A stretch of DNA of 64,000 nucleotides from Vicugna vicugna. Lineage: Eukaryota. Positions within the stretch are counted from its first letter, which is position 1, and the number at the start of each line of letters is the position of its first letter. Positions 24,845 through 35,776 of this stretch are shown piece after piece. Under the pieces are notes generated by a model. The model was not told the DNA's origin. It ran no database searches and saw nothing but the letters and a program-made list of their open reading frames with translations. Position numbers and translations under genes: made by a program. The stretch lies in NCBI GenBank assembly GCA_013265495.1, contig MU058337.1:870001-934000 (forward strand). The letters are read 5' to 3'.

Positions 24845-27693
24845 GGGGCCCCACGTGTCCAGCCACATCACAGAGTCTGCAGCTCCTGCAGTGAATATGA
24901 TGCATGCAATCTAAAGTGTATGGGTCTTCTGGGGATTTGGGTTGACAGAGCTGCACTGCTATACCCTGTGACCATGCCACTCACGAAGACGGTCAGCCCC
25001 ACCATGACATGCTGTGCTAACGTGGGAGCTTTCTGCCACCCTTCAGCCTTCCTCACACACAGGAATGCTCAGGGCCAACAGTGAGGGAATCAGGTTTCTA
25101 ATTGGTAAAAAATGTAAAGAGAATGACTTTGTTTCTCTCATCTCTTGAAATCGGAAGAATGTATTGCTTATGTTTTCCTAACCATCAACTCATTCTTTTA
25201 TCCATACAACAAATGTCTGTTAAGTACCAGCTGTGCCCTGAATATGGTGCTGTGTGTGGAAGGATACGCCAGCGACCAGGACACGTGGACATCAAACCAT
25301 TTACTGCATAGTAACACGTCAGGCTTGCTTAGCATCAGTAACACGTGGACATAAGTTGCGTTGGGACCAAAAATAAGTAAAGAAAAATAACTGAATTCCC
25401 AACCTAGAACAACCTGCTACAATAGTTATTTACGCCAAACAAGAGGAGTAACAGTAAGAACAACCATTTTTAAATGCTTCCACTCAGCGTCAAGTAGTAT
25501 CAACGAAAGGGCATGTAAGTTATTCAACAGTACCAGTCATATTATCTGTTTATTCTGCATTGCTTGGGATTTATTTTGGATATTTGCTTATGTCACAGTT
25601 GCCAACATTTAAGATCCACATCCCTTTCTCTGGGCTGAGGACAAATCTCCTTCTTCTGGATAGCCACTGGATAACCAGGAGACATCTGAATTTTACCAGT
25701 GTGAAGCGTTTATGCTTATTGCTTTGGAAAGCCAAAGGAGTCAGAAAATATGTAAAAAGGTAATCATTTTGCGAGGTGCTGCAACCCATATCTCTTCCTT
25801 CAAAGTGGATTTTTAAAGGTGGGAATTATAACCTTGACCATGGAGTTTAGAGAAAAAATACCAAATTCTTTTTTTGAAACAGACAGCCAGGGTGAAATAT
25901 GAATTGCCCATTATTTCTCTGCTTTGGGAACATTGTCATGCTGATGGAAGGGAGTATGAATAAATATCAGTCAAGTTCATCCGTAAAAGGATCAATTATG
26001 TAACAGAGTACTAGACACTCCAATGGAACCCCTTTTCAGGATGGCCATCCTTTATATTACAAGCCTTCTATGCCAATCCCTGGGTAATTTTTAGGATGTT
26101 GGAATTTTCTATATATAGGAAGGCATATGAATATTAAATATCAAGTAACTTTTTGATTGTTCTGCTTTCCATGACCACGAATTAAATAGATCAGAGCCAG
26201 GGATTAGCTTCCTAGGGACTGAAATTGGACGCTGTAATAGGTTATTCTATTTGACAAACATGGAGCAAAGCGATGAGCCCACGGCCGTGTCTTTGGGGAG
26301 CTCTAAAAACCACGGTGTAGGAAGCCAAATATTAATAGCAAGTGACGTTCAAATGCAAACAAACCGGGGCAGGCTGGGGACCAGCTCGCGCACAATGAGA
26401 ATACAACCCTGAGTGATGCCTCCAGTGACAGACGTGCCTGAGAATCACTGTGGGGGCCAACATGTACCTACAACTAATGGACATGCCGGTCTCAGTTAGA
26501 AGTACCGGGTGGATGCAGTGAGTTTGCAAAAACCTTTCAAAGTCGCCACCAAGGCTCCCCGGCATTCCACAGCAGACAGGGTTACTCTAATGTTAGGAAC
26601 ACACAGATCGCAGGTGGCGTCCTGGAGCATCTCTCAGTCACTTTTCTTCCTCTCATCATCTCTGAGGCCTGGAGAAGAGAAGGGAAACGGAGGGGACAGG
26701 AAGGGACAGGAAGGAGGCAGTCCACTATGGGCAGTCCATGGAGTTAGCAAGAGAAGTGGACGCCTTTGGATGGAGTCCAGAAAAACCGACTTCAAGGAAT
26801 GGTCTTCACAGCAATCCTTGAGCGAGTCTCCCTACTGGGCTGGCTGGCCCGGTGCTTAGAGCCAGTCGTCTGCTGTTCGCGGTATAGAAGGCAATGGAGA
26901 CTGAACCTTGACTGGTAGTCCCAGGTGGTCAGCCTTCCACAAAGGGCAGTGGTCTATGCTCCAAACACGTCCCCAGGGCCACCATGCTTCCTTTAGCCTC
27001 TGCCATTATTTCCAGTGATTCTGTATAGATTTATATGAACACACACTCGTATATACACGTACAATCCGATTAGTATCAATCAACTGATGAATATCTATAA
27101 TGTCCTTGTGTATAATCTTCACCCAGAAGTCATTTTTCATACACACGTGTGCACAGATCCCACAGATCTCTGAAGCGAGGGTGTGAGCAGGGGAGACTTG
27201 GCTGAGAAACCCGTCTCCACTGCAGAGTAAGAGAAATGCACACTTTCATCTTATGTCACGTGACTTAAATGAACAACGGTGGCGCCGGCGCGTTTTATTC
27301 CAGTTCTGCCAGTAAGTGCAAATGATGGGAACTTTTTTTTTTTTTTTGGAATATTTCCCCACACGTCCTGGGCTGTTATCACCGGGCCTTACCTGAGAGG
27401 CTTGTCCCCACGGTGCCTTGCAGTCTGCTCACTGCCATCATGAGCATTTCCTGTCGTTGCTATCCCGACATGCAGTCATGGCAGCTCAGTCCCCTTCAAC
27501 GCCTTCAGCACTGGAGTGGGACACTAAGATGCTCTCCTGACTGCAAGAACCTCGTGCGTGTTCTTTTGGGTCACACAGCGGCACCTACCGGGGCAGTGGC
27601 ATTGGGGGTCTTCCCCCGTGTCTTCTCTTGCTCTCCTCCAAAGCGGCATGTGGACGTGGCCATAGGCTAGTTCTTCTGACAACGGAATATTTC

Positions 27694-28380
27694 CAGTATG
27701 AGTTGAACTGTGCCTCCCCCCAATCTGTATGTCTTCTATGGACTGAATACCCCCAGTATTCACATGCTGAAGCCTCATCCCTCAATATGCCTGTCTCTGG
27801 AGACAGGGCCTCTAAGGAGGTGACAAAGGTTAAACGAGGTTGCGGGGGGGGGCGGGGCCCTAGTAGTAATAAGAGACATCAGAGTCCTCTCTCTCTGCAT
27901 CACATCAGGACACAAGAAGACCTTTCGCCCCCAAGGAGAGTGCTCACACCAGACACGAAACCTGCTGGAACCTTGATCTTGGACTTCTAGTCTCCAGAAC
28001 CGTGAGAAAATCAATTTCAGCTGTTTAAGTGAGCAGTCTAAGATACTTCGCTATGGCATCTGAGTGCACTAAGACAGTTTTAACCTGCCATACCTCAGCA
28101 TGTGATTGTGTTTGGAGCTAGGATCTTCACAGAAGTAATTAAGATGCAGTCACTAGGGTGGGCCCTAATCTGATATGATTAGTGTCTTTATAAGAAGAGG
28201 AAATTCGGAGACAGACAAAAATGAAACACCATGTGAAGACACAGAGGGGGTGAGCATCCATAAGCTTCAGAGGGAGGCCTCGAGAGAACCCCCCCACCGA
28301 CAGCTTGGTCTCTGGTTCCTAGGCTTGTTAAGCCACCTGTCTGCGGTGCTTTGTGATGACAGCCCTAGAAAACTCATGCA
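27694..28380 (+). mobile_element. MaLR LTR, MLT1B-like, interrupted by a second LTR
   Basis: 5' piece 'tatgagttgaactgtgcctccccccaatctgtatgt' (27694-27733) resumes at 28077 'gttttaacctgccatacctcagcatgtga...tagggtgggccctaatctgatatgattagtgtctttataagaagaggaaattcggagacaga' and ends 'gacagccctagaaaactcatgca'. Confidence 0.8.
27734..28076 (+). mobile_element. MaLR LTR, MLT1A-like, nested
   Basis: Starts 'ttctatggactgaat', contains 'cctgctggaaccttgatcttggacttctagtctccagaaccgtgagaaaa', ends 'actaagaca'. Confidence 0.8.
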
Positions 28381-28914
28381 GTTTCAGAGGAAATTATAAA
28401 CTTACTGTCCAACAGAAGCAGCAATGACATAAAGAGGAAAACCTCAGAAAAACACTCCCGGGGGTTGACAGATCTCAAAAGCTCAGTCCCGTGGTCCTTG
28501 GAGGCTCCAGGGGAACCGGGAGGGGGCGCTGAGCCTCCTGCACCTGCCTGGCAGCCCCGAGTGGCTCCCGGGAGGCCCTCAGTCTGTGACCTGCGGTGAG
28601 GCTCTAGTCAGCTTCACTCTCCGGAAGGGCTTGGCTTCCCCTCCAGTCACCTGGGCTGGCCCAGGGGGCATGGCCGTCAGTCATTCACCCACCATCACAG
28701 AAGACAAGAGGGTAGCCGGTGGGATGAGTCCCTGCAGTGTGGTCCATAAGACTGGCTCAGCTTTAAAAGTGACTTTTCAACCGACTGCTGCCAGGAACAT
28801 CAAGGCAACCGACTCGACTAATTCGATCAGTTTTACTTGTCGTGTGAAAGCTGGTCTTCTTTGAAAACACTAACGTTCTCATTCCCCATGTAGATCCTCA
28901 GCAGTCTGTTCGCA

Positions 28915-29022
28915 TACTTAGTGCTTTGGAGCAGGGGGTCCGTGCTGTGCCTTATATTTTTGTGTCTCTCCGAGCACCCGGCACACATGGGAACTCAAAA
29001 ATATGTTGTTTAATTTAATGAA
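28915..29022 (+). mobile_element. L2 3' tail
   Basis: 'tttgtgtctctccgagcacccggcacacatgggaactcaaaaatatgttgtttaatttaatgaa'. Confidence 0.6.
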
Positions 29023-30157
29023 GCAGAACATCATTGGATGTCCCCATTGGAATGTCCCACTTGTACCATCCTTGCCACTTTGCTGGCCCCCCTCCTGGGG
29101 ATTATTCCTCTGCCCACTCCAGCAAGATTCTCCTTGCAGCCTTAGTATAAGAGGATGTTAAATTGTAACTGTTTTACTGGAATCTGCCGAGGCCCAATAC
29201 AGTGGATGCCACCTCCCACACTGACACCTAGGCCACTCATACACAGAGGCGTGGAGATACACTGCTGTCTCCTCCCCCTGGAAGGTCTGGGCAGTGAGAG
29301 CCCGTCCAGCCACTGCCAGAAACAGAGCCGATAAAAAGCAGTGGCATGACGGGCTGTCTCCATCTGGTATTCCTTCGTCCGTTCCTCACGAGAGTGTGAA
29401 AAAGAAAACACTAGTGTTCATCACAGGGCTCGTGTAGAAGGCAGCAAGCCTGTCAAACAGAGCGGCCGACGGGGCCGAGGGACGTGCCAAGGAGCTGGAG
29501 GTCCTGCCAGACGCCTGGGCACTGAGGAGCAGCCCGCAGCCAACCAGTGAGCGATGCCCTGGCCTGGGTGTGGGCCACCCCACGGGTGAGCCTCCGGGGG
29601 TTATGCACCCCACGAAGGAGACTCACGTCCCACTGGCCTGCCTACCGAGGAAAGCCTGTGCCAGAGCTGAGCAGTGCGGAGGACAAGCAACGGGAAAGTG
29701 TGAGGCAGCCAGTGACAAGAAGAGGGGCGCAGTAGATTTCAAATACGAGTTTTGATAATTTTTATTATTACACTGAACTGGGTACTTTAATTCCTGATCT
29801 GAGACCATGACTTGAAGAGACAATGTCTAGAGTACTTTTTTGCTCATCTGAGAACCAGGAGACACTTCCTGGAACCCATCCTAATTTCATCCACAGAGGT
29901 GGGAAAAAACTACCCACACGGAAATTTAAATGGACCATGAAGAGAAGGAAGAGAGTTGCTCCCGAGGACACCCTCAAATGTCCTGCTTGTTCGGGACAGT
30001 GGTTACATCAGCTTCGCTCTTCCTTCCTCCACATTCTGTGCCCAGGGTGCTTGTGTTATGCCTGGCACATATTAAATGCTAAGTAATTTTTAAAAAACAA
30101 GTATTGAATGCACTGAGCAATCTCTGTCTTTCCTTCCATTCTCTAAAAATGAGTCTC

Positions 30158-30250
30158 TATTATTATTACTACCACCACCACCACCACCACTATGACCACC
30201 ACCACCACCGTCACGACCACCACCACCACCACCACGACTACTTTTATTAT
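30158..30250 (+). repeat. Compound (TAT/TAC)-(CAC)n trinucleotide microsatellite, 31 triplets
   Basis: tat tat tat tac tac (cac)6 tat gac (cac)4 cgt cac gac (cac)6 gac tac ttt tat tat. Confidence 0.95.
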
Positions 30251-30939
30251 TTTTGGTTCCTCTATCGCATTCTACTCTCCCAAAGATGTATCTTGGCTTC
30301 TGGACTTTCAGATTTACAGAAGAGCTGGTTCTGCAAGTGCCCTGTGCTATTTTAGCTTCATGTGATCCACTAGAAGTCTGGCTGCCATTTTCTTGTCAAA
30401 TCTGACAATGTACTTAATTTCTCTGGGCCTTTGCTGTCCCATCTGTAAAAAGGCCATGGCTGGCCTTGGGTAGTCAGTGATGGCCATGAATCAACCTTTT
30501 CTCAGGTGAATTCTAAAGCACTGGGTTTAATGTTTAAAACCCTGTTCTGATGGGTTCTTTGCAGCTTATTTATGCTTTGAGATGCTTAATTGATTTAGGG
30601 ATTTAAAAGATTGTCAACTCTCCAGGGTCAAATTATGTTTCTGGCCAAAAGTAAAGAGTTATTTTGAATTTTCTACTAGGAGATATATTTTGACTACCAA
30701 AGAGGTCCAACTACTAAGTTTACCCAGAAATTGTGAGATAAGTAGAGATATGATTAGAAAAAAATCAAACCTAGAAGGTTTATTTTCATATTTAAACATC
30801 TGACAAGGCACATTTTAGAGGCGATATTAAGCAATTATTTGGTTTTTAAATCCAAGTTCTTTTCTTGAACTGTTAGCCCCAGCTGTCACATCCAATTACA
30901 TGTGAATACGATAGATGTGGTGCTTAAAGTGATTTATTC

Positions 30940-31056
30940 TTTCAATAAGTGTTAATTGAACAGTTCTGAATGCCAGGTGCTGGTCTAAGCAGTTACAGTA
31001 CGTAGATTAATGAACAAAATGGACCAGACGTGGCCTTCATGAACTTAAACGTTAGT
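30940..31056 (-). mobile_element. L2 3' fragment
   Basis: 'ttcaataagtgttaattgaacag...tgccaggtgctggtctaagc...tgaacaaaatggac...gccttcatgaacttaaacgttagtg'. Confidence 0.65.
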
Positions 31057-31115
31057 GCGTACGTGTGGGTGGGCATTCAGTGCACCACGAGGTAGTGGAC
31101 AGCTAAATAAGTCAG

Positions 31116-31510
31116 TGTGTGTGTTGCTTGGCGGGGCTGCCGTGGGGAAGTGTCACAGTCTGGGAGGCTTACCCAGGGAGATGTATTATCTCACACTTCG
31201 GAAGCTAGAAGTCCGAAATCACGGTGTCAGCAAGGCTGGTTCCTTCTGAGGCTGTGAGGGACCTGGCCCAGGCCTCTCCCTGGCCTGTGGACGGCCGTCT
31301 TCTCCTGGTGTCTCTCCACCCGGTCTTTTTCCATGTCTATGTCCAGCTGCCCCCTTTTAGTAAGGACACCCACCATATTGGATTAGGGCCCATCATAATG
31401 GCCTCACTTTAACTCGATCACCTGTGTAGAGACCACCTCCAAATAAAGCCCACTCCGAGGCACTAGGGGCTAGGACCCACCTTATCTTTTCAGGGGGACA
31501 CAAGACCCTT
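31116..31510 (-). mobile_element. MaLR solo LTR, MLT1B-like
   Basis: 'tattatctcacacttcggaagctagaagtccgaaatcacggtgtcagcaaggctggttccttctgaggctgtgaggga...taaggacacccaccatattggattagggccca...gggggacaca'. Confidence 0.85.
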
Positions 31511-31589
31511 GTGTTATGAAGGTGCTAGCAGGTGATGCGTGCTTTGGCCAGGTGTGGGGAGTGAGGCTGTGAGCCGCGTGGGCTGCCTG

Positions 31590-33340
31590 CAGAGGAGGTG
31601 GCCTTGGGACGCGGTGAGTTAGGAGGCACTGCCCCTCCCACAGCTGCAGTCTGTCTCCGGGCCGCCGGACTGGGGGAAGCAGGAGCTACCATGGGAGGGT
31701 GGGTGTCCACGTGTGGCCGAGACTCTGCTCTGGGGCCACTGCATCCCCTGAAGCTGGAGGGGTGCCTTGTGCTGACGCGTCCCGTGTCATGGGAGCTGCA
31801 ATATTGTAAAGATATTTGCTGTTGTGAGGAGTTTAAGAGGAATCTGCACGAATGCGCCACGTGGCGTGTAGCGCAGCCTTGGTGTTTTGCTGGAGGCGGA
31901 TCCCGAGACGCCCTCTCCCGTGCACGGGGGGGGCGTGCCGCCCCGTGCGGCGCTTCCCGGGTTGCGGCACCTCATCGGCACTGACGCCCGGGCGCCTTTC
32001 TCCCTTCCACAACGCGCTGCGTGCGCTGCGATGAAGGGGCGGGAAGGCCGGCACCTCGCAATACGTTTAACTTGACGCAGTGTGTTTTATTTAAAGGAGC
32101 TCATTGCAGACACTACCGTGTCTCTATCCAGGGCAAGAGTTTCTCCCTTGGGTCGTAAACCTTGTGTCAGACTCTACCTGATGTGTTTTGCACGACACTG
32201 AGGTCTTGTTTCTTAGATGTATACTTCCTCAGATTAGAGGGTCATGCTTTCCAATGTTTGAAGTATTTGCAAAGAAGTAGTATTGGGACAAACATATGGA
32301 GAAGAGTCTAACAGATTTAAGCAGGAGCACAGTGTCATTCTAGAATTTTTGAAGTATTTGAGAACAGAGCCTTTAGCATAGAGCTTCTGACGAATGGAGC
32401 TATCTGTGCTTCTGTGTCTTGGTGCAGAACCGTGGTCCGTAAAGTATTCTGGGTGGTAAAATACACATGAGGCTTTTCTCTTGCGTGAGATGAAAAGGCT
32501 ATTTTGAGCAGACCTCAGATGGGCTTGTTGTGAACGAGGAAGCACTAGAGGAGAAATTCCGGGAGCACCGCGTCATACCTCCGATTCTTTACTTACTGGA
32601 CCAAAGACTAGCCGCCTGTTTATTGCCAACAGCAGGTAGATGGGGAGGGACAGAGGCTCCAGGCATGTAACGGAAGGGCGGGGACAGCAAGGGAAAGGGG
32701 GTGATGAGGGCGCCCAGCAGACGCGCAGCGGGTGCTTTGCAGGCGCCGAGAGGAGAGAAGGCGGCCCGGAGGGGGGACAAGCCCCTCGGCCGCGGGAGGC
32801 GCGCGCCCCGACCCCTGTTCTCCTCGCGCTGGAGAAGATGTCCCTTTAGAAAGAAAGTGCAGATACCTCTGGATCTCAGCCAGTTTTATTGAAAATAACT
32901 GCTGCCTAACCAGTTGTTAACGTCGCAGACTTGCAAACTTGGCGCCTTTTCCCGGCACATGTTCGGAGTCCTAATTCTGTTGTCGGTGTGGGGACAGCCT
33001 GGCCCCCGAGGACACCGCAGTTGTGTGAATCTCGTCTCAGATCCGAGCCGATCCTTGAAACGGCACCGCGTTCAAGGCGGGGGCGCGCTTCGTCCCCTGA
33101 CACGGAGCAGATCCCGTGTGCCACCCCAGAGAACCTCCTTTTAATCTAGCAGGGCGCTTTCAATGGAAGCAGACAGCCGTGGACAGGCAAGCAGCAGCGC
33201 CAGTCCGCCGGGGCTGACAGCGGCCCATTACGGGGTGAAGATAAGCCGTGTCTTGTTCCAGAGGCTCCAGCTCTGCGAAGTGACGAAGGGCCTGCTGCTC
33301 CGTGCTGCCTGATGGGGGCTGGACCTGGGACAGACGCTCT
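31590..33340. promoter_or_regulatory. Bipartite CpG-island-like region (candidate promoter/enhancer)
   Basis: Dense CpG and high GC at ~31590-32080 and ~32560-33340, separated by a CpG-poorer spacer. GC boxes (gggcgg) near 32036 and 32676; palindrome cgccacgtggcg at 31855-31866. Confidence 0.55.
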
Positions 33341-34198
33341 CTGTCAAACCGCATCCTGCCTGTGGTCACAGAATCAGACAAACCAATTCCTGTGAGGAGT
33401 CATAGAGATCTCTGAAATGTCTCTGAGTTTTGAAAGTTCACATTTGGATCGCTTCCAGAAAAATAATTTAATTTCTGTCAGATTTGTCCAAATTTCTAAG
33501 GCATTTGAAATGGCCAAAATGCCCTTTATCGAGCCTTTTTTTCTCCCTATGCAGGGACGTGGCTATTTATCACTGCCCTCTTTATTTTAAGCAGCTACCG
33601 ATGCTGTGGCCAGAGGTGTTTTGTTTTTATTTTTTCTGTTTTGGGGGTCGGGGGAGGGTGCTAATACCTGAACTACAGTCTTTCCAGACCGGAAAAGGTG
33701 TCATTCTCTGGTCTGCGATGCCAGCTACGGCACGAAGAGCCTGTTTGCAGCTCTCTTTTTCATGTGTTGCTCTTTTACTTAAAAGAAAATGTTGTCTTTC
33801 CTTTCCCAGAATAACCATCATCTTATATTACTTTCCTTTGAATTCTGAGTTCTCTGCACAGAAACCTAAGTGCTTTCTGAGTTACAGGCCACAGCCCTTG
33901 CCTGGAACCTCTCAGATAACTTTAGGGAGTGGCCAGTGAAAAATGTGTGGCCACACTGGCCAGAGAGTCATTGCAACCTCATTAGACTGTGAAAGCTTGG
34001 AGGTCAGCAAGCCACTGCCCTTTCACAGAATTCAGGTCATTGTCAGGGATCACCCAGTTCGCTGCTCTGAAATAAGCAGGGCAAGGACTGGCACGCTTAC
34101 CTCAAAATCAAGAGTCAGTCAGACTTGAGGATTCAGGGAAATCTTCCCAGAGCAGGTGATGAGTCAGTGGCACTGTAGTGAATTAACCGCTGGGAGAG

Positions 34199-34547
34199 TG
34201 TCACGGACTGAAGGTTCGTGTTCCCCAGGTGTGGCGAAACCCTAAGCCCTACTTACGAGGAGGTAGAGCCTTTGGAGGTGATCAGGTCACAAGGGTGGAG
34301 CCCCCATGAGTGAGATGAGTGCCCTCATTAAAGGGACCGCAGAGAGCATCCTCACCCCTTCTGCCATGTGGGGACAACCTTGCAAGTTCACCCTTTGCAG
34401 CCAGGAAGAGGGCTCTCCCCAGAACCTGCCCGTGCCAGCGTCCTGATCTCAGACCGCGTTCCATGTGAGAGACGAGTGTCTGCTGTTTGTACAGCGCCCC
34501 ACCCAGTCCACAGCCCTGCGTCATAGAAGCCCCGGTGGACTAAGGCA
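34199..34547 (+). mobile_element. MaLR solo LTR, MLT1A/A0-like
   Basis: Runs tg...ca from 'tgtcacggactgaa' to 'ggactaaggca'; internal 'gggtggagcccccatgagtgagatgagtgccctcattaaaggga'; flanks gagag/gagaa form a 4/5 TSD. Confidence 0.85.
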
Positions 34548-35559
34548 GAGAAGAAACACGGGAAGACTTCCCAGTCGGTGGAAGCAGCTGTGTAAGAGCC
34601 CCGTTAGGAGGGAGCAAATGGCTCACACACCTAAGAAACACCATGGGCACGACCTTGCCACTCTGGGAACAGGAGTGGCTAAACTTGCACCCCGAGATCA
34701 GTTTGACTTACAGGGAGCCAGTCGAGGGGGTTTCGTCTACAAATATAGCCTTAAGATACCTTATTTTGTAAAAAATCTAGAAATTACATTATTTTGCAGG
34801 AAACATCTTTGAGTGAAGACATCTACTTTTGGATTGTTTACCGGTCAGCGCAAGGCAAGCTTCCTCAGCAAGCTCTCGCTGAGAAACCAGAAAAAAAAGT
34901 AACAGTCGCAGTTCAACAGGTTTTAATAAAAGATGTGGTTTTCTGTTAGAGGTGAAGGTTGTTCTCAATTTTAAAGTTAAAAATTGGAAACGTGTATGGC
35001 TTTAGTAGCACTTAAGGCGTCCTCAGCCACCTCAAGGCTCCACGTTGTGATGCACTGCCTTCATGTTGCAGCTGTGAGCCAGCGGACTGCTCATGTTCCA
35101 CATTTCTTGCTAATCCTGCGTCTGAGTTGAACTAAGAAATTTCTTTCTGTTCAACTTAAATTTTATTAATGAGTCAGAACAAACTTTTAAAGTACACGAT
35201 GAAATATCACTTCCTCTCAATGGGACTAGCGTGGCGGAAATGTGCAACTTGCTCCTTTGACACTGTTCTCTGAGGACTGGCACGTGCAGGCTGTAAGCTG
35301 CTGAACAAAACAGTACCTCGTCCTGCCAGTAGCATGAAAACCTGTTGGTTTAAGATACTCTCGGTGCAGTTAATTTCCAAGAACTTAAAAACATTGGCTT
35401 TCCCTCTCCTCCTCGGAAACATGCTCTGAAATTAAGTAAAGGAATTCTTTATTTAGAAAAGAAAAACAAGGGGTGGGGAGATACTTTTTTTTCAACTGAA
35501 AATGAAAAAAATAATGTATTTTTGTTAACTGTAGAGATTTTTGAAATAGGAATGATGAG

Positions 35560-35776
35560 AATAACAGGTAACATTTAATTATCCCTTAATATGTGCCAGA
35601 ACTCTGCTAACCACTTCACTTGGATTATATAATGTAATTTTTATGACCATATAAGGTATGGATATTATTGTTTGCTTTCTACAGATGGAGAAACAGATTT
35701 ACGGGGAATAATTTTGCTTGCCTGAAGTCCCACAGCAGGGTCCAGAACTGAAATTCAAACCCAGGCAGCCTGACTT
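35560..35776 (-). mobile_element. MIR SINE
   Basis: 'taacatttaattatcccttaatatgtgccaga...tacagatggagaaacaga...ttgcctgaagtcccacagc...aattcaaacccaggcagcctgact'. Confidence 0.85.

Noticed and set aside
30104..30355. Poly-Tyr/poly-His ORF as a His-rich protein
   Set aside because: Fully explained by the TAT/CAC microsatellite, with no supporting exon structure.
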